Shown: positions 26,113-35,746 of the stretch, piece after piece
Numbering within the stretch: the stretch's first letter is position 1
Layout: every line of letters starts with the position of its first letter
Assembly (NCBI GenBank): GCA_029550965.1
Contig: JAKPGJ010000038.1
Span: forward strand, 3,057-67,056
DNA length: 64,000 nt
From: Bacillota bacterium
GTDB lineage: Bacteria; Bacillota; Clostridia; Oscillospirales; CAG-382
Direction of reading: 5' to 3'
Translations under genes and position numbers: made by a program
The notes under the pieces: generated by a model
What the model saw: the letters and a program-made list of their open reading frames with translations, nothing else
The model's database searches: none
Told to the model about the DNA's origin: nothing

Positions 26113-28737
26113 ATGGCAAAAAAGTACTTGTACCTCTTTTCAGAGGGCAACGGTTCCATGCGCAACATCTTGGGCGGGAAAGGCGCCAATCTCGCAGAAA
26201 TGACCAATCTCGGTCTGCCGGTTCCTCAAGGGTTTACGATCTCGACGGAGGCCTGCACGAAGTATTATGAGGACGGGGAGACGCTTTCTCCGGAGCTGGA
26301 AGAAGAAATTTACGCATACGTAGCCAAACTGGAGAAAATAACGGGTAAAAAGTTCGGCGACCCGAACAATCCGCTGCTGGTGTCGGTTCGTTCCGGCGCG
26401 CGGGCGTCGATGCCGGGTATGATGGACACCATCCTGAATCTCGGACTCAACGACGAGGTGGTAGCCGGCCTTGCCAAACTCACGTCCAACGAGAGATTCG
26501 CTTACGATTCTTACCGAAGATTTATACAAATGTTCTCCGACGTCGTTATGGGGCTGGATAAGAAAGACTATGAAGCCATCATTGACAAAATCAAAGCGGA
26601 AAAAGGCGTAACGCAGGATATCGATTTGGACGCGGCGGACATGAAGCGTCTTGTTTCGGAATTCAAGCAGTATTATAAAGCGCAAAAAGGCGTCGATTTC
26701 CCCTCCGACGCGAAGGTTCAGCTGATCGAAGCGATAAAAGCGGTATTCCGTTCCTGGAACAACGAGCGCGCCATCGTTTACAGGCGCATGAACGATATTC
26801 CCTCCTCCTGGGGCACCGCGGTCAACGTTCAGGCGATGGTATTCGGCAACATGGGCAAAACCAGCGGCACCGGCGTCGCCTTCACAAGGAACCCCGCCAC
26901 CGGCGAGAAAAAGCTGTACGGCGAATTTTTGATGAACGCGCAGGGCGAGGACATCGTCGCGGGCATCCGCACGCCGCAGCCGATTTCCACCCTCAAAGAA
27001 GTCATGCCCGAGGTTTACGAGCAGTTCCTTGAAATCGCCGAAAAGCTGGAGAAGCACTACAAGGACATGCAGGATATGGAGTTTACCATCGAAAACGGCA
27101 AACTCTACATGCTCCAGACCAGAAACGGCAAGCGCTCCGCCGAAGCGGCAATTAAAATCGCGGTCGATTTGGTAAACGAAAAAATGATTACGATCGACGA
27201 AGCGCTGTTAAAGGTCGATCCCAAACAGCTGGACACGCTCCTGCATCCGCAGTTTGACGAGGACGCGCTGAAGAAAGCCAAAGTCGCCGGAACCGGAATC
27301 CCAGCTTCGCCCGGCGCCGCCTGCGGAAAGGTCTATTTTACCGCCGAAAGCGCGAAAGAAAAAGCGGCAGACGGCGAAAAGGTCATCCTTGTCCGCCTGG
27401 AGACCTCGCCCGAGGATATCGAGGGCATGTACGCCTCCGAAGGCATATTGACGGTGCGCGGCGGCAAGACCTCGCACGCCGCAGTGGTCGCGCGCGGAAT
27501 GGGCAGATGCTGTGTCGTCGGCTGCGGCGCGATTGAAATGCACGAGGAAGAAAAATACTTTGTGCTCAACGGAAACATTGTCCGCGAGGGCGATTTTATA
27601 TCCATCGACGGTTCGACCGGAAACGTTTACATCGGTCAGATTCCGACCACGGACGTCACAATCTCTGGCAATTTCGAGACCTTTATGCAGTGGGCCGACC
27701 AGCGCCGCAAACTGAAGGTGCGCGCGAACGCCGACACGCCGATGGACGCCGCGCAGGCTTTGAGCTTCGGCGCGGAGGGCATCGGGCTTTGCCGTACCGA
27801 GCATATGTTCTTTGACGCCGACCGAATCATGGCGATGCGGGAAATGATTGTTTCCAAAACCGAACAGCAGCGCCGCGCCGCGCTGGAAAAGCTGCTTCCC
27901 ATGCAGCGGAGCGACTTTATCGGCATTTTCCGCGCGATGAAAGGACATCCGGTGACCATCCGCTTCCTGGATCCGCCTTTGCACGAATTTCTCCCCACCG
28001 CGGACGAGGACATCCGCGCGCTGGCGAAGGAATTGAACGTATCCTTCGAGGAGCTGAAGGCAACCGTCAAGTCCCTGCACGAACTGAACCCGATGATGGG
28101 ACACAGAGGATGCAGGCTTGCCGTCAGCTTTCCCGAAATCGCCGAAATGCAGACCAGAGCGGTGATCGAGGCGGCGATCGAGGTCAACAAAGAGGGCTTG
28201 GGCGTGGTTCCCGAGATTATGATTCCGCTGGTCGGCGACGCGAAAGAGCTGAAGTTCGTCAAAAACGTCGTGACCAAAACCGCGGACGAGATCATCAAAA
28301 AAGCCGGCGTAAACCTTCCCTACAAGGTCGGCACGATGATCGAGATTCCGAGAGCGGCGCTTACCGCCGACGAGATCGCCGCCGAAGCCGAGTTCTTCTC
28401 TTTCGGAACCAACGACTTAACGCAGATGACCTTCGGTTTCTCCAGGGACGACGCAGGCAAGTTCTTAAATGATTACAAAGACAAGAATATTTTGGAAAGC
28501 GATCCGTTCGCCAAGATTGACCGCAACGGCGTCGGCAAGCTCGTGAAAATGGCCGCAGAGCTGGGACGAATTGTCCGTCCGGACATCAAGCTGGGCATCT
28601 GCGGCGAGCACGGCGGCGACCCGTCCACCGTCGAGTTCTGCCACGAGGTCGGCTTGGATTATGTGTCCTGCTCGCCGTACCGAGTGCCGATCGCGCGTCT
28701 CGCCGCGGCGCAGGCTGCGATTCGCTGCAAACAGTAA
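26113..28737 (+). CDS. ppdK: Pyruvate, phosphate dikinase
   Basis: 874 aa with an ATP-grasp N-terminus, a phosphohistidine swivel domain (GGKTSHAAVVARGMG) and a PEP-utilising TIM barrel (FFSFGTNDLTQ). Confidence 0.95.
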   Translation: MAKKYLYLFSEGNGSMRNILGGKGANLAEMTNLGLPVPQGFTISTEACTKYYEDGETLSPELEEEIYAYVAKLEKITGKKFGDPNNPLLVSVRSGARASMPGMMDTILNLGLNDEVVAGLAKLTSNERFAYDSYRRFIQMFSDVVMGLDKKDYEAIIDKIKAEKGVTQDIDLDAADMKRLVSEFKQYYKAQKGVDFPSDAKVQLIEAIKAVFRSWNNERAIVYRRMNDIPSSWGTAVNVQAMVFGNMGKTSGTGVAFTRNPATGEKKLYGEFLMNAQGEDIVAGIRTPQPISTLKEVMPEVYEQFLEIAEKLEKHYKDMQDMEFTIENGKLYMLQTRNGKRSAEAAIKIAVDLVNEKMITIDEALLKVDPKQLDTLLHPQFDEDALKKAKVAGTGIPASPGAACGKVYFTAESAKEKAADGEKVILVRLETSPEDIEGMYASEGILTVRGGKTSHAAVVARGMGRCCVVGCGAIEMHEEEKYFVLNGNIVREGDFISIDGSTGNVYIGQIPTTDVTISGNFETFMQWADQRRKLKVRANADTPMDAAQALSFGAEGIGLCRTEHMFFDADRIMAMREMIVSKTEQQRRAALEKLLPMQRSDFIGIFRAMKGHPVTIRFLDPPLHEFLPTADEDIRALAKELNVSFEELKATVKSLHELNPMMGHRGCRLAVSFPEIAEMQTRAVIEAAIEVNKEGLGVVPEIMIPLVGDAKELKFVKNVVTKTADEIIKKAGVNLPYKVGTMIEIPRAALTADEIAAEAEFFSFGTNDLTQMTFGFSRDDAGKFLNDYKDKNILESDPFAKIDRNGVGKLVKMAAELGRIVRPDIKLGICGEHGGDPSTVEFCHEVGLDYVSCSPYRVPIARLAAAQAAIRCKQ

Positions 28738-28746
28738 AGGATATAC

Positions 28747-28782
28747 GGGTGTATCGTTTTTAACGGTACACCCTTAATTTTA
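28747..28782 (+). terminator. Probable terminator after ppdK
   Basis: GGGTGTATCG-TTTTTA-ACGGTACACCC followed by TTAATTTTA. Confidence 0.5.
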
Positions 28783-28841
28783 TAAACGAGGTTTGATTTG
28801 AGCGGACTCGCCCGATAAGCGAATTTTCGCATTGCCGCGCC

Positions 28842-28876
28842 GCAAAAAAAACAGCTGCGGTTTAATACCGCAGCCG
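28842..28876 (-). terminator. Rho-independent terminator of the DUF368 gene
   Basis: Minus strand reads GGCTGCGG-TATTAAA-CCGCAGCTG followed by a T8 run. Confidence 0.8.
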
Positions 28877-28887
28877 GTTTTGATTTT

Positions 28888-29745
28888 TTAATCCTCCTGG
28901 AATCTTGACAAAAACTGAATCGCTAAGAATCCTAAAACAAAGGTAACAAGGCATATCAGAATCATACCGATCCACCAAAGAGCGTCCGTTTCTTCCGGAA
29001 CGGCGGGCAGTATCTTGTCCTGGAAAATCTCCCAGGTGGAACCGATTACAAAACCGATAATCATCCAGTACGTCTGATGCGGGAAGGTGTTCATAATCCA
29101 TTCCAGCGGTTTCGTAATCAGGAAAACGCCGACCACCGTCGCGATTCCCAATATGCCCAGGTAGGGAATATCGATGTTGGTAATCGCATTCACGACGGCG
29201 TCGTACATTCCCAGCACCAAGAGCATGTGTGAGGTACTGATGCCCGGCAAAACCAACGCCAACGCAACGACGACGCCGACCACCAGCAGCATCAGATAGT
29301 ATGTAATGCCCGAACCGCTGCTGATGTCAATGCTGCCCGTAGGGATAAATCCGATGGCGATTACGACTGCCAGACCGATCAGGAAGTAAACAGCCGACGA
29401 CACTTTGAACTTTGACCCCTTTGTTTTTTTATACAAAGCGGGAATACCGCCGACCACGCAGCCTAAAAAGAACACCGATACCGGCAGCGGGAAGTTTTCC
29501 AAAAGCCATTTCAGCAAAAACGCAAGAGAGAAAATGCCGGCGCCCGCGCCGATGCAGAATTTTAATAAAAACAAAAAGTTGTTTTTGATATCCTTAAAGA
29601 AATTACTGATCGCGCCAATCAGTTTGTCAAAAATCCCGAGCAGTATGGCCATCGTGCTGCCGCTTACGCCGGGAACGCTCATGGAAGAGCCGACAATATA
29701 TCCTTTTAGAATTATTTTCGCATTCTCTTTCAGTTTGTCGTTCAT
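28888..29745 (-). CDS. DUF368 family membrane protein (family implicated in undecaprenyl-phosphate recycling, PopT-like)
   Basis: 285 aa, polytopic, with a duplicated PGVSGS/PGISTS motif (SVPGVSGSTMAILLG and LVLPGISTSHMLLVLG) characteristic of DUF368. Confidence 0.75.
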   Translation of the reverse strand: MNDKLKENAKIILKGYIVGSSMSVPGVSGSTMAILLGIFDKLIGAISNFFKDIKNNFLFLLKFCIGAGAGIFSLAFLLKWLLENFPLPVSVFFLGCVVGGIPALYKKTKGSKFKVSSAVYFLIGLAVVIAIGFIPTGSIDISSGSGITYYLMLLVVGVVVALALVLPGISTSHMLLVLGMYDAVVNAITNIDIPYLGILGIATVVGVFLITKPLEWIMNTFPHQTYWMIIGFVIGSTWEIFQDKILPAVPEETDALWWIGMILICLVTFVLGFLAIQFLSRFQED

Positions 29746-30044
29746 CTACAATACTACACCTTACGAAGCAGTGTACTCCTTTTTTCTGTTTTTAAATTGC
29801 GTAAAAAAACAAGCCGATTCGTCATAAACTTTCGTTTTACTGCAAGCGCGCATCACCTCGTCCCAATTATACAAAAAAACAACCCGATTGTCTATATATT
29901 TTTTCGCAGAATTTGTCGTCAATATAAAATTTCGTTTAAATATTTACAAACGGCTGTTTTTATGTTTTAATTGTTTTCAAAGCGGCACAGCAGAAAAAAG
30001 GTCGAGGGGAATTCGGCATCAATTCAATTTTAAACATAAAGAAA

Positions 30045-30542
30045 GTGGTAGATATGCGAAACATCAAAGTAAGAAAAGCCGAGATTTCGGACATGGATGC
30101 CCTGATCGAGCTGCGGTTGAACTATCTGCGCGAGGATTTAGGGCGGCTGTCCGCAAAAACAGAGGAAAAAATTATTTTGCAGTTAAAAGAATATGTCTCG
30201 AAATACATCGATACCATTTTCACCGCCTTTCTTGCCGAAACGGACGGCAAAATCGTCGCGACCGCGTTTATGTCGATCGCGGACAGACCGGCGAACCCGT
30301 TTATGATTACGGGCAGGACCGCGCTGGTGCAGAACGTTTACACCCGCCCCGAATACCGCAAAAAAGGAATTGCCACGCAGGTTTTAAAAGAACTGATCGC
30401 GGAAGCGAGAAGGCAGAACGTGTCGTACATCGAGCTTTCCGCGACCGACGACGGCAGACCGGTTTATCAAAAACTGGGTTTTGTCGAAAAGCGGTCGAAA
30501 TACACCGACATGAAACTTTTGTTGATTCCGGAAGAATTCTGA
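30045..30542 (+). CDS. GNAT family N-acetyltransferase
   Basis: 165 aa with the acetyl-CoA binding motif VYTRPEYRKKGIATQVLKELI. Confidence 0.8.
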   Translation: MVDMRNIKVRKAEISDMDALIELRLNYLREDLGRLSAKTEEKIILQLKEYVSKYIDTIFTAFLAETDGKIVATAFMSIADRPANPFMITGRTALVQNVYTRPEYRKKGIATQVLKELIAEARRQNVSYIELSATDDGRPVYQKLGFVEKRSKYTDMKLLLIPEEF

Positions 30543-30546
30543 CGAA

Positions 30547-30586
30547 AACCCATTCGGTATATCCATATCGAATGGGTTGCTTTTTT
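30547..30586 (+). terminator. Rho-independent terminator
   Basis: AACCCATTCG-(12-nt loop)-CGAATGGGTT followed by GCTTTTTT. Confidence 0.85.
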
Positions 30587-30624
30587 ATTAAAATATGGTA
30601 AACTAAAATATACTCAGAAAGAAG

Positions 30625-31572
30625 GTGTCGCAATTGAATTTACTGCATTTGAAATACGCTGTCGAAGTGGACAAGACCCGTTCCATCAACAAAGCGGCGG
30701 AAAACCTCTTCATGGGGCAGCCGAATTTGAGCCGCGCCATCAAGGAACTGGAGGAGACGCTGGGCATAACCATTTTCAAACGCACCTCGAAAGGCATCAT
30801 CCCCACCCCCAAAGGCGAGGAGTTTTTGGAATACGCGCGGAACATTCTTGCGCAGGTGGACGAAATGGAGGCCTTGTACAACAAAAAGAAAAAGGGCAAG
30901 CAGGAATTCAATATTTCGGTACCCCGCGCCAGCTATATCTCGCTCGCCTTCTGCGCTTTTGTGAACACGCTGGACCAGTCGAAGGAAATCGAGGTCAACT
31001 ACAAGGAAACGAACGCGCTCAAAGCCATCAACAACATTCTGCAGGCGGATTACAATTTGGGCATCATCCGCTACAAATCCGTTTTCGAACCCTATTTCGC
31101 AAATCTGATGCAGGAGAAAGGGCTGAAATCCGAAGAAATCTGGGAGTTTCGGCACCATGTTCTATTGTCGGAAGGGCACCCGCTCGCCTACAAGGACATC
31201 ATCACCTATGACGACTTGAAAAACTTTACCGAAATCGCGCACGGAGACCCCTACGTTCCCTTTGTGCCGGTCTCGGACGTCAAAAAAGAGGAGTTTCCGG
31301 ACTTTATCAACAAGCGGATTTTCGTGTACGAGCGCGGAAGCCAGTTCGATTTGCTGGTCAACGTTCCGTCAACCTATATGTGGGTGTCCCCGATGCCGAA
31401 AAGTCTGCTGGCGCGCTACGGCCTTGTGGAAAGAGTGTGCGACGACGACCACAACCTTTACAAGGACGTTTTGATTTATAAGAAGAACTACAGACTGACC
31501 GAGCTGGACAAACGCTTTATCGCCGAGCTGAAGCGCGTCAGAGACGAGCTTTTAACGCAGGTTGTGGATTAA
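30625..31572 (+). CDS. LysR family transcriptional regulator
   Basis: 315 aa with an N-terminal HTH (LHLKYAVEVDKTRSINKAAENLFMGQPNLSRAIKELEE) and a C-terminal substrate-binding domain. The true start may be the TTG at 30634 (MNLLHLKY...). Confidence 0.85.
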   Translation: MSQLNLLHLKYAVEVDKTRSINKAAENLFMGQPNLSRAIKELEETLGITIFKRTSKGIIPTPKGEEFLEYARNILAQVDEMEALYNKKKKGKQEFNISVPRASYISLAFCAFVNTLDQSKEIEVNYKETNALKAINNILQADYNLGIIRYKSVFEPYFANLMQEKGLKSEEIWEFRHHVLLSEGHPLAYKDIITYDDLKNFTEIAHGDPYVPFVPVSDVKKEEFPDFINKRIFVYERGSQFDLLVNVPSTYMWVSPMPKSLLARYGLVERVCDDDHNLYKDVLIYKKNYRLTELDKRFIAELKRVRDELLTQVVD

Positions 31573-31684
31573 ATAAATATTTATCGATATAATTATATCG
31601 TTATAAACATATCGATATGTAATATAAGCATTACCATTTTTAGACAAAGCATTGTATTATATTGAGCAGAAAGGATAATAAAAA

Positions 31685-32305
31685 ATGTTTCATCTGAACA
31701 TATCAAAATCCACCCTTCAAAGGCTTCCGCTGTATCTAAACTATTTAAAGTCCGTACGGGATAAGTACGTGAACATCTCCGCTACCATCATCGCGGACGC
31801 GCTGAAGCTCAACGACGTTCAGGTCCGCAAGGACTTGGCGTCGGTCAGCTCGTCGGGCAAACCGAAAGTCGGGTATGTTACGGAGGACCTGATAAAGGAG
31901 TTAGAGGACTTCCTCGGCTACAACACCGTCAACAACGCGATTATCGTCGGCGCCGGCAAGCTGGGGAAAGCGCTGATGGGTTACAGCGGGTTTAAGGAGT
32001 ACGGGTTGAACATCCTGATGGCGTTCGACTCGGACCCGAAAGTCATCGACGAAGCGGAACGGATTATGCCGATCGAAAAACTGCCGGAGTTCTGCCGGAA
32101 GATGAACATCAAAATCGGCATCATCACGGTTCCGGCGCAGAACGCGCAGGAGGTCTGCGACCTGCTCGTCGAGAGCGGCGTGCTGGCGATATGGAATTTC
32201 GCGCCCGTACATCTCAGGGTTCCCGAAGACATTTTGGTTCAGAATGAAAACATGGCTGCAGCGCTTGCCGTATTATCCAATCACCTTGCGGAAAAACTAA
32301 AATAA
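31685..32305 (+). CDS. rex: Redox-sensing transcriptional repressor Rex
   Basis: 206 aa with a winged helix (TLQRLPLYLNYLK) and a Rossmann fold (IIVGAGKLGKAL). It lies directly upstream of adhE. Confidence 0.9.
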   Translation: MFHLNISKSTLQRLPLYLNYLKSVRDKYVNISATIIADALKLNDVQVRKDLASVSSSGKPKVGYVTEDLIKELEDFLGYNTVNNAIIVGAGKLGKALMGYSGFKEYGLNILMAFDSDPKVIDEAERIMPIEKLPEFCRKMNIKIGIITVPAQNAQEVCDLLVESGVLAIWNFAPVHLRVPEDILVQNENMAAALAVLSNHLAEKLK

Positions 32306-32380
32306 AATTTTTATGATAGTGTTCTCCTCCCGGGGGTGCCGTAAGGAAGTTTGCATAAAACGGTGAAAAGGAGAATGGTT

Positions 32381-34993
32381 ATGAACAATTACACGGTTAT
32401 TGACAGCGTTGAAAAGCTGAACGAAGCGATTGCGCAGGTTCGCAAAGCGCAGAAGATTTTTTCTACCTACACGCAGGAGCAGGTGGATAAGATTTTCTTT
32501 GCCGCGGCGTCCGCAGCGAACAAGGAAAGGATCACCCTTGCCAAAATGGCGGTCGCCGAAACCGGAATGGGCGTCGTAGAGGACAAAGTAATAAAAAATC
32601 ATTACGCTTCCGAATATATTTACAACGCCTATAAGGACGTAAAGACCTGCGGCGTGATTGAAGAGGACAAAGCCTACGGCATTAAGAAAATCGCCGAGCC
32701 GGTCGGCGTCATCGGCGCGGTTATTCCGACCACCAACCCGACCTCCACGGCAATCTTCAAATCGCTTTTGGCGCTTAAAACGCGGAACGGCATGATCATC
32801 AGCCCGCATCCCCGCGCGAAGAACTGCACGATAGCGGCGGCGAAAATCGTACTGGAAGCGGCGGTGAAAGCCGGCGCGCCCGAAGGAATTATCCAATGGG
32901 TGGACGTTCCCAGCCTTGAACTGACCAACCTTGTCATGCGCGAATCGGATTTAATCCTCGCGACCGGCGGACCCGGCATGGTAAAATCCGCTTATTCGTC
33001 CGGCAAGCCTGCGGTCGGCGTCGGCGCAGGCAACACGCCGGCAATCATAGACGAGAGCGCGGACATTCGGCTTGCCGTCAATTCGATTATTCACTCCAAG
33101 ACCTTCGACAACGGCATGATCTGCGCTTCCGAGCAGTCGGTTATCGTGCTGGACAAGGTTTACGACGCGGTCAAGCAGGAGTTCGCCGCCAGAGGCTGCT
33201 ACTTCCTGAACCCCGAGGAAACCGAAAAGGTCAGAAAAACCATTATCATCAACAACTCGTTAAACGCGAAAATCGTCGGTCAGACGGCGCACACCATCGC
33301 GCAGCTTGCCGGCATCGAGGTTCCCGCGAACACAAAGGTTTTAATCGGCGAGGTCGAGAGCGTATCCCTCTCCGAGGAGTTCGCGCACGAAAAACTCTCG
33401 CCCGTGCTCGCGATGTACCGCGCGATGACTTTCGACGAAGCGCTGGACAAGGCGGACCATTTGATAAACGACGGCGGATTGGGACACACTTCCGTAATCT
33501 ATATTGACGAAAAAACCGAAAAAGAAAAGCTTGAGAAATTTATCAATAAAATGAAGACCTGCCGCGTGCTGATCAACACGCCCTCCTCGCACGGCGCGAT
33601 CGGCGACCTTTACAACTTCAAGCTCGCGCCCTCTCTTACGCTCGGCTGCGGCACCTGGGGCGGCAACTCAGTTTCGGAAAACGTCGGCGTCAAGCACCTT
33701 CTCAACATCAAAACCGTCGCCGAAAGGAGAGAAAACATGCTTTGGTTCAGGACACCCCAGAAGGTTTACATCAAGAAAGGCTGCCTGCCGGTCGCATTGA
33801 GCGAGCTGAAAGACGTGCTGGGCAAAAAGAGAGTCTTTATCGTTACCGACAGCTTCCTGTTTAAGAACGGCTACACCAAGCCGGTCACCGACAAGCTGGA
33901 CGAGATGGGCATCGTGCATACCACCTTCTTCGACGTCGAGCCCGACCCCTCCCTCGCCAGCGCGAAAGCGGGCGCGGAAGCGATGCGCGCCTTTGAGCCG
34001 GACTGCATAATCGCTGTCGGCGGCGGTTCGGCAATGGACGCCGCGAAGATTATGTGGGTTCTGTACGAGCATCCGGACGCGGACTTTATGGATATGGCGA
34101 TGCGCTTCGCGGATATTCGCAAACGCGTCTATACCTTCCCGAAGATGGGCGAAAAAGCGTACTTCATCGCCATCCCGACCACCTCCGGCACCGGCAGCGA
34201 AGTAACCCCGTTCGCGGTGATTACCGACGAAAAGACCGGCATCAAATACCCGCTCGCCGATTACGAGCTGATGCCGAACATGGCGATTGTGGACGCTGAT
34301 TTGATGATGAATCAGCCGAAAGGACTGACGGCCGCATCGGGCATCGACGCGCTCACCCATTCGCTCGAAGCCTACGCTTCGATGCTGGCGACCGACTTTA
34401 CCGACGGGCTGGCGCTCAAAGCGATTAAAATGATTTTCGAGTATCTGCCCCGCTGCTACGAGAACGGTCAGACCGACGCGGAAGCGCGCGAAAAGATGGC
34501 GCACGCGGCGACCATCGCGGGCATGGCGTTCGCGAACGCGTTCCTCGGCATATGCCATTCGATGGCGCACAAGCTGGGCGCGTTCTATCACCTGCCGCAC
34601 GGCGTCGCCAACGCTTTGATGATCAACGAGGTCATCCGCTTCAACGCCGCCGAGGTTCCGACCAAGATGGGTACCTTCCCGCAGTACGGCTACCCGCACA
34701 CCCTGAAACGGTACGCGGAGATTGCGGATTATCTGGGACTGGGCGGAAACAGCGACGCGGAAAAACTGGAAAAACTGATTGCGAAAATAGATGAACTGAA
34801 AGAAACGGTCGGCATCCGAAAAACCATCAAGGATTACGGCATCGACGAGCAGACCTTCCTTGACCGGCTGGACGAGATGGTCGAGCAGGCGTTTGACGAC
34901 CAGTGCACCGGCGCGAACCCGCGTTATCCGCTGATGCGCGAGATGAAACAGATGTACCTGAACGCTTATTACGGCAGAAAGGAAAGTGTTTAA
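32381..34993 (+). CDS. adhE: Bifunctional acetaldehyde-CoA / alcohol dehydrogenase
   Basis: The ORF-track ORF begins at 32351. I prefer the ATG at 32381, which is preceded by AAAGGAGAA with 7-nt spacing. The protein has an ALDH domain followed by an Fe-ADH domain (GGGSAMDAAK, HSMAHKLG). Confidence 0.95.
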   Translation: MNNYTVIDSVEKLNEAIAQVRKAQKIFSTYTQEQVDKIFFAAASAANKERITLAKMAVAETGMGVVEDKVIKNHYASEYIYNAYKDVKTCGVIEEDKAYGIKKIAEPVGVIGAVIPTTNPTSTAIFKSLLALKTRNGMIISPHPRAKNCTIAAAKIVLEAAVKAGAPEGIIQWVDVPSLELTNLVMRESDLILATGGPGMVKSAYSSGKPAVGVGAGNTPAIIDESADIRLAVNSIIHSKTFDNGMICASEQSVIVLDKVYDAVKQEFAARGCYFLNPEETEKVRKTIIINNSLNAKIVGQTAHTIAQLAGIEVPANTKVLIGEVESVSLSEEFAHEKLSPVLAMYRAMTFDEALDKADHLINDGGLGHTSVIYIDEKTEKEKLEKFINKMKTCRVLINTPSSHGAIGDLYNFKLAPSLTLGCGTWGGNSVSENVGVKHLLNIKTVAERRENMLWFRTPQKVYIKKGCLPVALSELKDVLGKKRVFIVTDSFLFKNGYTKPVTDKLDEMGIVHTTFFDVEPDPSLASAKAGAEAMRAFEPDCIIAVGGGSAMDAAKIMWVLYEHPDADFMDMAMRFADIRKRVYTFPKMGEKAYFIAIPTTSGTGSEVTPFAVITDEKTGIKYPLADYELMPNMAIVDADLMMNQPKGLTAASGIDALTHSLEAYASMLATDFTDGLALKAIKMIFEYLPRCYENGQTDAEAREKMAHAATIAGMAFANAFLGICHSMAHKLGAFYHLPHGVANALMINEVIRFNAAEVPTKMGTFPQYGYPHTLKRYAEIADYLGLGGNSDAEKLEKLIAKIDELKETVGIRKTIKDYGIDEQTFLDRLDEMVEQAFDDQCTGANPRYPLMREMKQMYLNAYYGRKESV

Positions 34994-34996
34994 AAA

Positions 34997-35746
34997 ATGA
35001 AGCTGGACAACATTATCGCGGTCAGGGCGAAGAAAACCGTTTACCGCGATGGCGATTTGGCGATCAAGGTTTTTGACGAGAGTTTCTCAAAATCCGACAT
35101 CCTCAACGAGGCGCTCAACCAGGCGCGCGTCGAAGAGACCGGGCTGAACGTTCCGAAGCTGATGGAGGTCACCAAAATCGACGGCAAATGGGCGATTGTT
35201 TCCGAGTTCATCGAGGGCAAAACGCTCGAAACGCTGATGAAGGAAAACCCGGATAAGTTCGACCAGTACCTAAACCAGTTTGTGGATATTCAGCTTGAGA
35301 TGCACACCAAAAAAGCGCCCAAGCTCAACAAGCTCAAGGACAAAATGGCAAGCAAAATCAACGAATCCAAGCTGGACGCGACGACGCGGTACGACCTGCA
35401 CACGCGGCTTGCCAGCCTTCCCACGCACGACAAACTCTGTCACGGCGATTTCAACCCGAGCAACATCATCATCAAGCCCGACGGCACGCCGTACATCCTC
35501 GACTGGTCGCACGCCACGCAGGGAAACGCGAGCGCGGACGCGGCAAGAACCTATCTTCTGTTCTGGCTGGCGGGCGAAGCGGATACGGCGCACAAATACC
35601 TAAACCTGTTCTGCCTGAAAAGCGACACCGCGAAGCAGTATGTCCAGAAGTGGATTCCCATTGTCGCGGCTTCGCAATCGGTAAAAGGAAAGCCTGAGGA
35701 ACGCGAATTATTGCTGCGTTGGGTCAGCGTCGTGGACTATCAATAA
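34997..35746 (+). CDS. Phosphotransferase enzyme family protein (APH / choline-kinase fold kinase), substrate unknown
   Basis: 249 aa with a Brenner-type catalytic motif (LCHGDFNPSNIII) and a DW metal-binding region (YILDWSHA). It starts 4 nt after the adhE stop. Its last 20 codons seed the downstream tandem repeat. Confidence 0.8.
   Translation: MKLDNIIAVRAKKTVYRDGDLAIKVFDESFSKSDILNEALNQARVEETGLNVPKLMEVTKIDGKWAIVSEFIEGKTLETLMKENPDKFDQYLNQFVDIQLEMHTKKAPKLNKLKDKMASKINESKLDATTRYDLHTRLASLPTHDKLCHGDFNPSNIIIKPDGTPYILDWSHATQGNASADAARTYLLFWLAGEADTAHKYLNLFCLKSDTAKQYVQKWIPIVAASQSVKGKPEERELLLRWVSVVDYQ

Noticed and set aside
26140-27057. A 305-aa minus-strand ORF, together with ORFs at 27208..28104 and 27636..28298.
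   Set aside because: They are antisense or out of frame with ppdK, whose identity is unambiguous.
33668-34699. A 343-aa minus-strand ORF.
   Set aside because: It is antisense to adhE and has an Arg/His/Val-rich nonsense composition.
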